Shown here one piece after another: positions 57,821-64,000 of a stretch of 64,000 nucleotides of DNA. Source of the stretch: a virus (lineage: Duplodnaviria > Heunggongvirae > Uroviricota > Caudoviricetes). The notes under the pieces were generated by a model. It made no database searches. It was not told the DNA's origin and saw only the letters and a program-made list of their open reading frames with translations. Made by a program: the position numbers and the translations under genes. Position 1 is the stretch's first letter; each line of letters opens with the position of its first letter. The stretch is taken from IMG/VR virus record IMGVR_UViG_3300042401_001499. One strand, given 5' to 3'.

Positions 57821-59131
57821 ATGACTTTAGCAGAATTCAAATACTTAGCAGCAAATACTACTCAAGGTTTAATTACCTACGGGAACTATGTAGCACAGTT
57901 ATACTGGCCCTCAGGATATGTTGCCCCCAGTTATGGCACATACGGAAACGAAGTAATAATATTATTTAATATCTACCCAGGTAACGTAATAAGAGTAGAT
58001 GCAATAGGCTTGCAGATATCCAATTTTCCACTAGAAGTACTAGAACAAGTTATAGCAATAGATGTAAATATACCAGGAGTAGGTCCTATGCAAAACGTAC
58101 AAACTATGGATTCTGATGTACCTTATAGACGGGTAGAAAAAACTGTAAACGGGCCGTATTTTATATATGCATTTTCACCAGAAGATCAACGAATAGCCAT
58201 AAACTCTCCTACAACCGGTTCAGAAGGTTACGAAGAATATAGCTCATTTACAGCGCTAGAATATCCTAGTATATCTTTTTTCCGTAGAGCAGTAGACTAC
58301 GATTTAGAATTAATAATTAATAAACCTAGAGAATCTAGCTATATCTATAAATGTGATAGAGTAAACCCAACACTTACCTCAAAAACAAATCCTGTAAACC
58401 TACCTAATATCTTAGCCAATGCCGCACCATCTGCTACAGTACAAGACAGTAACTATACGAGTACACCATGGGTGAATGCAAGATATCAAGGAAGTAAACT
58501 AGATACAGCCACAAACACAGGTACAGATCCATTTATACAAGGAGCGTTTTTTAAAGGAGCATTTTTTACAAAAGACGTAACAGATAGTTACATAGAAAAC
58601 TTAGTATCTACAAGTAACATAACATATATAGATTATTTCGCAGTAAGTAAATTATCAACACCTGCATATACAGTAGAAAGCTTAAACTTAAAACTCTCAA
58701 CAAATATCAATACCAGCTCAATACTACAAACAGTAACAGATCTACTGCCAGCTTCAAATACAGACATAGCAATTGGAGATCTTCTACAAATAAGTAATAA
58801 GACTTCAGGAGACTTTACAGGAGAGGTATTAAGAGTAAATATACCGACTCCACCGGGACTGTACACTCCTTATGAATTTCTAACAAGAAATGTAATATCA
58901 GGAGAAACCTCAGCAATTAACACAGTAAGGAGTTATTCAAATACTCCCCGTACAGATTATTTAGCTCAAGATACTGTATACAGGATAGTACCTGTTCAGA
59001 TATTACAGATAGGTAAGGCAAAGACCACTGCTGTACAGGAGGGTAAGTTAAAGATAGAGGGTACTGAGGGGATTCTAACCCTTAGTATAGATGGATACGT
59101 AATAAGTGGAAGCACTAGAGCATTTATATAG
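57821..59131 (+). CDS. Structural protein (436 aa)
   Basis: ORF in the tail module. Confidence 0.45.
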   Translation: MTLAEFKYLAANTTQGLITYGNYVAQLYWPSGYVAPSYGTYGNEVIILFNIYPGNVIRVDAIGLQISNFPLEVLEQVIAIDVNIPGVGPMQNVQTMDSDVPYRRVEKTVNGPYFIYAFSPEDQRIAINSPTTGSEGYEEYSSFTALEYPSISFFRRAVDYDLELIINKPRESSYIYKCDRVNPTLTSKTNPVNLPNILANAAPSATVQDSNYTSTPWVNARYQGSKLDTATNTGTDPFIQGAFFKGAFFTKDVTDSYIENLVSTSNITYIDYFAVSKLSTPAYTVESLNLKLSTNINTSSILQTVTDLLPASNTDIAIGDLLQISNKTSGDFTGEVLRVNIPTPPGLYTPYEFLTRNVISGETSAINTVRSYSNTPRTDYLAQDTVYRIVPVQILQIGKAKTTAVQEGKLKIEGTEGILTLSIDGYVISGSTRAFI

Positions 59132-59172
59132 AAACAATAACACGATATATTTATTAATAAAAACAAAGTAAA

Positions 59173-59829
59173 ATGGGATACTTAAGTAATACAGTAGTAA
59201 CTGTAGATGCAATTTTAACAAAAAAAGGAAGAGAATTACTTGCAAGAGGAGATGGTTCTTTTAAAATAACACAATTTGCCTTAGCAGATGATGAAATAGA
59301 CTATACTCTTTACAATCCAGCTCATATATCCGGATCAGCTTACTACGGAGAAGCTATTGAAGCAATGCCGTTATTAGAAGCATTTCCTGATGAGTCACAA
59401 ATTATGAAGTACAAACTGACAACTCTTCCAAGAGGTACAGCCAAGCTACCAGTAATCGACCTAGGATTCTCAGCAATAGTATTAAAACAAGGAGCATCAC
59501 TTGCAATCACACCTCAAACACTAAACTACCTTAGTAGTACAAATACTTTTGAAGCAGGAGGATATGTAGCAACTATAGCAGATGCTAGAGTATTAAACAC
59601 ATTTAACGGAGTAGGAATTAATACAACAGAAGCAGTAGCATTAAATTCAACAACTACACTAGGTACTAATGTATCTAAAACAGTAATTGGAACTTCTATC
59701 AATTTAACTGCTACAACAGTTAATACTCTATTTGGAACAAATACATCACTACAAACAACCATTACAGTAGTAGGTAGAGATTCAGGAGCTAGATTAACAA
59801 TTCCAGTAACAATCACAAAAGTAAACTAA
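59173..59829 (+). CDS. Structural protein (218 aa)
   Basis: ORF only. Confidence 0.45.
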   Translation: MGYLSNTVVTVDAILTKKGRELLARGDGSFKITQFALADDEIDYTLYNPAHISGSAYYGEAIEAMPLLEAFPDESQIMKYKLTTLPRGTAKLPVIDLGFSAIVLKQGASLAITPQTLNYLSSTNTFEAGGYVATIADARVLNTFNGVGINTTEAVALNSTTTLGTNVSKTVIGTSINLTATTVNTLFGTNTSLQTTITVVGRDSGARLTIPVTITKVN

Positions 59830-59835
59830 TAAGAT

Positions 59836-60828
59836 ATGTCATTTAAAAGATTCGATACAGAAGATATAGCATTAAGTGCAGATTCAGTAGTAGCACCAGC
59901 TTGGTCAAATCAGATAACTAAGCTAACTTCTATGGCTCTTGGTACACAAGCAAACCTATCATCAGGAAAGTACTACTATAATGTTTATACCCCAACTGTG
60001 ACAGATACTCAATTCTCTACAGCATACGGAAATAGAAACGGAAGTGGTTCTACATTAATTACTTCTACAGAGGTGGGTAAGTCTCCTTCATCTGTGATAT
60101 ACGGACAGTATAGGACTTTAATTAATGGAGATGAGAATACAGATTTTAACTTCGGAGGACCTACACCAGACTCAGTACATGTAATAACAGTTAATAGAGC
60201 TAGATTTAAAGAAAAATTACTACCAGGTAGTTTTGAACTAACACTAACAAGCGGTAGCAACACAATTACACTTGTAGATAACAGTAGTACTATAAGTACA
60301 CTTTCTTATGTAGATGCAGGAAGAGTATACGACATAGTTAGTGGTTCAATTACAAATGGAGTTTATAGCGCTAATAGTACCTTTACAGCAGCATCAGGAT
60401 CTTTTGGTAAATTTTTACCAGATGTAGGTATCTTTATATTTAACGCTAACGCACTTAAAGACTCCACTTATGGAATTAATTTACTTGTATCTGAAAGTTA
60501 TAATGCAGAAGGAAATAATAAGCAAGCGTTTACTAATGCAATTATCTCTGGATCAAACTTCAGTGTAAGATCAGAAGAAACAATCACATCAAACTATGTA
60601 TTTGTTAGGGTTAGAAATACAGAGTTTAACTACTCAACAAATCCATCTAACATTTCAGGTTCAGGTGATTTAAGACATAGTATAATGATAAACAGTCCAC
60701 AAGCTTACATGACTACAGTTGGACTGTATAACGATAACAATGACTTACTAGGAGTGGCAAAACTATCAAAGCCATTAATTAAAGACTTTACAAAAGAAGC
60801 ATTAATACGAATTAAACTTGACTTTTAA
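59836..60828 (+). CDS. Structural protein, paralog 1 of a pair
   Basis: C-terminal YMTTVGLYNDNNDLLGVAKLSKPL ... IRIKLDF is shared with the 60832 ORF. Confidence 0.45.
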   Translation: MSFKRFDTEDIALSADSVVAPAWSNQITKLTSMALGTQANLSSGKYYYNVYTPTVTDTQFSTAYGNRNGSGSTLITSTEVGKSPSSVIYGQYRTLINGDENTDFNFGGPTPDSVHVITVNRARFKEKLLPGSFELTLTSGSNTITLVDNSSTISTLSYVDAGRVYDIVSGSITNGVYSANSTFTAASGSFGKFLPDVGIFIFNANALKDSTYGINLLVSESYNAEGNNKQAFTNAIISGSNFSVRSEETITSNYVFVRVRNTEFNYSTNPSNISGSGDLRHSIMINSPQAYMTTVGLYNDNNDLLGVAKLSKPLIKDFTKEALIRIKLDF

Positions 60829-60831
60829 TGA

Positions 60832-61653
60832 ATGGGTGCTTACAAAAAATTAAACAAACAGGATGCCTACATAACAACCTACGTTGCTCATAAGCAGTGG
60901 TCAATACCTCTCGCTCAGTATCCCACTTACGAGATATCCACAACATTAGCAGACGAAAGTTATAAAAGTAGCTTATCGCAACTATACTACCCTAGTAAAT
61001 CTCTAGGGAACATAGTTTCACATTCATTCGACTACTACCCGCAAACTACTCTATACAACTCAGAATCTAGAAACCTTACTGGAGACGCTTTAGTTGTATC
61101 AATTCCGAGAACATTATACGGAACAAGTATAAAACCGGGAGTTATACTAGGTTTTTACGGAGCAATCAACTCACAGTTTGTAAATAGAATTATTCTTGAT
61201 GATTTAGAAGGTAGTCTCTACATATCAGGGAGCTCCCCTAGACTGTATGTAGGAGATATTATATACACCCATGGAATAGCAGTAATTACTCAAGGAGAAT
61301 ATGTATATGGTAGTATTAGTAGCGTAGCTTTTAAATCAAGCCAACCTATTTATACATATAATTATCACTGTAAGATAAGAGAGTCGGAGTATAACTATAC
61401 CTATAACCCATCAGTATTGAGTGGATCTATAAAAACGATCTACGATAGTACCGGAAATGTTTATTCAACAACCGGAAGTGTTAATGATGGAGCATTAAAA
61501 AATAATGTAACAGGAAGTTCTTTTCAACCGTATATAACAACAGTAGGATTATATAATGATGCAAACGAATTAATTGCAGTGGGAAAAATGTCACAACCAG
61601 TACCTAAACCTGCTAATACAGAAATGACAATTGTAGTAAAAATAGATATTTAA
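60832..61653 (+). CDS. Structural protein, paralog 2 of a pair
   Basis: C-terminal YITTVGLYNDANELIAVGKMSQPV ... VVKIDI. Confidence 0.45.
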   Translation: MGAYKKLNKQDAYITTYVAHKQWSIPLAQYPTYEISTTLADESYKSSLSQLYYPSKSLGNIVSHSFDYYPQTTLYNSESRNLTGDALVVSIPRTLYGTSIKPGVILGFYGAINSQFVNRIILDDLEGSLYISGSSPRLYVGDIIYTHGIAVITQGEYVYGSISSVAFKSSQPIYTYNYHCKIRESEYNYTYNPSVLSGSIKTIYDSTGNVYSTTGSVNDGALKNNVTGSSFQPYITTVGLYNDANELIAVGKMSQPVPKPANTEMTIVVKIDI

Positions 61654-61663
61654 AAAATAAAAC

Positions 61664-64000
61664 ATGGGAATAACATTAAGAATAGTAACAGGATCAACAC
61701 TTACTTATGGACAGGTAGATACTAACTTTTCATCACTATACTACTCAGCATCTCAATCAGGAAATAACTTAGTACTGCATACAACGGGAAGTTTTGTACA
61801 AGCAGCAACAACAACTACTTTTAACTTAGGGTTAGGATATAATACAATAGCAACAGGTATATATTCACATGCAGAAGGAGATCAGACAATAGCATCAGGA
61901 CAAGGTTCGCATGCTGAAGGACTCTTTACATTCGCGAGTGGATCTTATTCACATGCAGAAGGTATGAACACAACCGCATCAGGAGCTAACTCACATGCAG
62001 AAGGTCAGAACACCCTAGCAAGTGATACCGCAGCACATGCAGAAGGTAACTATACAACCGCATCAGGACCTTATTCACATGCTGAAGGATATCAAACAAA
62101 TGCTGCATTTTGGGGATCACACACAGAAGGAACCGGTACAAGAACTACAAACTACTATGCACATGCTGAAGGACTTTCTACATTAGCATCAGGAGGATCT
62201 TCACATGCAGAAGGACATAGTGTAACTGCATCAGGAGACTACTCACATGCAGAAGGGCTTACTAATAAGTCATTAGGACCTTGGTCACATGCTGAAGGGC
62301 AGTCTACTATAGCATCTGGAACAGGTTCACATGCTGAAGGCTTTTATACAACAGCATTAGGAGATTTCCAACACGTACAGGGTCAATATAATATATCTTC
62401 ACCATTCCAATCAGCTTTCATTTTAGGAAACGGAACATCAGATGGTTCTAGATCAAATTTAATCTATGCATCAGGATCAGAAGTTCAAATATCAGGTTCA
62501 TTAACAGTAGGATCAGGATCATCTACTGTAGCTCCAACTTACGGGTTTACGCCTAATCTAGCTATAGGTATGCCTACTGGCTCTACAGGAGCAGTATTAG
62601 ATTTAAGCAATACAAGGGGAATTATAGTTGGAGGAGATACCTTAGGAATCTTACAATTCTCAGGACTAGCCTCAGGTACAAGCTATGCTTCTTCTCAAAT
62701 TAGAGCAACTGTAAATTCCTCAGCAGGTTCAGGAGATCCTGGAGGAGGTATTTTATCATTCTGGACTGGTAATGATTATGGAGGTGCATCCCCAGAAGAA
62801 CGTATGCGTATCACCCACCAAGGTAAAGTAGGTATCGGAACAACAGGTCCTAGTCATCCGTTAGATGTAAATGGTGTAGCTGTTTTTAGAAGTGATTTAT
62901 ACATGACAGCGGGAGGAGGTTCAGCTGTACCTGATTGGTATTTTGCAATAAATGGTGCTGGGGATTTAGTTATAGATGACGCAGTAGGTTCAAAAAATTT
63001 TATATTTAGTAATAGTGGTAGAGTAGGTATAGGAACAACAACACCAAATGCAAAACTAGATGTAAATGGTAGTACTATAATAACAGGTTCACTAACTGTA
63101 ACAAATGGTATAACAGGTTCATTCAAAGGAGATGGTTCTCAAATAACTGGTGTAACAGCTGAATGGGATGGTTCTCATAATGGTAATGCTTCAATAACAG
63201 GTTCATTGACTGTGACTGGAGATATAACGGGTTCTGGAAATCTATTGCTATCTAAAACAGGAACTAGGGTATTAACAATGGAAGCTCAAGTTGCTGGAGG
63301 TACAGAACTGAGACTACTTCCAAATAATGCAGGAGGTCATGCTAGGATAAACGTAGGTAATACTAATGCTCCATTAGACTTTCAAATGAACAGTGTTGAT
63401 GTAATGAGAATTACACAAGCAGGTAACATCCTTATAGGGACAACTGCAGATACTGGAGATATACTAAGGGTGCAAGGAAACACTAGTATTAGCGGTATTG
63501 CAAAAGTAACAGGTTCACTAATAGTAACGGATAAGTTATCAAACGGAAATGCAGTAAGTGCATTAGGAGGCTATTCACATGCTGAAGGAGGATATACAAA
63601 AGCTACAAACTATTACGCACATGCTGAAGGCTATTCTACAAAAGCAGGTACAGACAAAGCATATCTTGCTACTTCTTTTAATGAAGGAATTATTGAATTA
63701 TCTTCAATTTATGGAAATGTAACAAGTTCATTCCCTAGTGGTGATTTGTTTTTTTATGATGATAATCCCTATGACGGTGATTTAGGTGAAATCAATGAGT
63801 TTATATCAGATAGTCAATACAGTGGTGGAGTAACCACTATAGAATTAGCTGGTGATTGGACTTCTTACTATGGTAATAATGGTATTGTAGGAAACCTTAG
63901 TAAACCTCTAAGAACTTGGAATGGTAATATGAACTATAGAGGTGAGTGGAGTCATGCTGAAGGATATAGTAGTATATCATATGGCGTTGGCTCCCATGCT
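61664..64000 (+). CDS. Tail fiber protein with 14-residue SHAEG repeats (3-prime partial; runs off the window)
   Basis: Open frame from ATG 61664 to the window end (779 codons). More than 15 tandem (Y/S)SHAEGxxT(T/L)ASGxx repeats, then a GTTGPS/Gly-rich beta-helix-like region. Absent from the track because no stop codon falls inside the window. Confidence 0.6.
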   Translation, partial: MGITLRIVTGSTLTYGQVDTNFSSLYYSASQSGNNLVLHTTGSFVQAATTTTFNLGLGYNTIATGIYSHAEGDQTIASGQGSHAEGLFTFASGSYSHAEGMNTTASGANSHAEGQNTLASDTAAHAEGNYTTASGPYSHAEGYQTNAAFWGSHTEGTGTRTTNYYAHAEGLSTLASGGSSHAEGHSVTASGDYSHAEGLTNKSLGPWSHAEGQSTIASGTGSHAEGFYTTALGDFQHVQGQYNISSPFQSAFILGNGTSDGSRSNLIYASGSEVQISGSLTVGSGSSTVAPTYGFTPNLAIGMPTGSTGAVLDLSNTRGIIVGGDTLGILQFSGLASGTSYASSQIRATVNSSAGSGDPGGGILSFWTGNDYGGASPEERMRITHQGKVGIGTTGPSHPLDVNGVAVFRSDLYMTAGGGSAVPDWYFAINGAGDLVIDDAVGSKNFIFSNSGRVGIGTTTPNAKLDVNGSTIITGSLTVTNGITGSFKGDGSQITGVTAEWDGSHNGNASITGSLTVTGDITGSGNLLLSKTGTRVLTMEAQVAGGTELRLLPNNAGGHARINVGNTNAPLDFQMNSVDVMRITQAGNILIGTTADTGDILRVQGNTSISGIAKVTGSLIVTDKLSNGNAVSALGGYSHAEGGYTKATNYYAHAEGYSTKAGTDKAYLATSFNEGIIELSSIYGNVTSSFPSGDLFFYDDNPYDGDLGEINEFISDSQYSGGVTTIELAGDWTSYYGNNGIVGNLSKPLRTWNGNMNYRGEWSHAEGYSSISYGVGSHA

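Overview
This is an all-plus-strand, AT-rich segment of a large tailed-phage genome. Its gene signals are Bacteroidetes-style: no Shine-Dalgarno sequences, many TAATG/ATGA overlapping gene junctions, and a -33 TTG / -7 TAnnTTTG-like promoter architecture. A host of the Cellulophaga/Flavobacterium type is plausible. All minus-strand ORFs in the track lie inside plus-strand genes and look spurious.

Left to right:
1. Start of a 7-deazaguanine (queuosine-precursor) operon: PurN-like formyltransferase, P-loop NTPase, and a bona fide QueF.
2. Family-A DNA polymerase, followed by phage-encoded GroES/GroEL.
3. Lysis cassette: a GH19 endolysin flanked by holin-like and spanin-like membrane proteins.
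4. Cas4/RecB-like PD-(D/E)xK nuclease.
5. A 14.5-kb sugar-biosynthesis and glycosylation island (11.7-26.2 kb). It carries two GT4 and three to four GT2-like transferases, an RfbB-like NDP-hexose 4,6-dehydratase, an E1-type PMP/Fe-S 3-dehydrase, a YerE-like ThDP C-branching enzyme, a DmpF/DmpG-like acetaldehyde dehydrogenase plus aldolase pair, an SDR reductase and an FkbM methyltransferase.
6. A 16-kb hyperplastic region (27-43.6 kb) of about 40 small ORFs. Nearly every ORF sits behind its own copy of a highly conserved ~40-bp promoter plus leader: AGTTGC, then ~20 nt, then TATATTTAGGTAT, then CAATAATTAAAACA, then ATG. This region also contains an iteron-rich putative replication origin, an antisense promoter driving a non-coding RNA, a GC-rich conserved element that occurs twice in the window, and two aberrant tRNA-like elements.
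7. HD hydrolase and a sigma-like factor.
8. Baseplate and tail-fiber module: gp25-like and gp6/J-like wedge proteins, a 1212-aa fiber, paralog families, and a SHAEG-repeat fiber truncated by the window end.

The most notable candidates are a phage-borne branched 3,6-dideoxyhexose pathway with its glycosyltransferases, the QueF plus formyltransferase DNA-modification operon, the iteron origin with its antisense RNA, and the promoter-per-gene early array.
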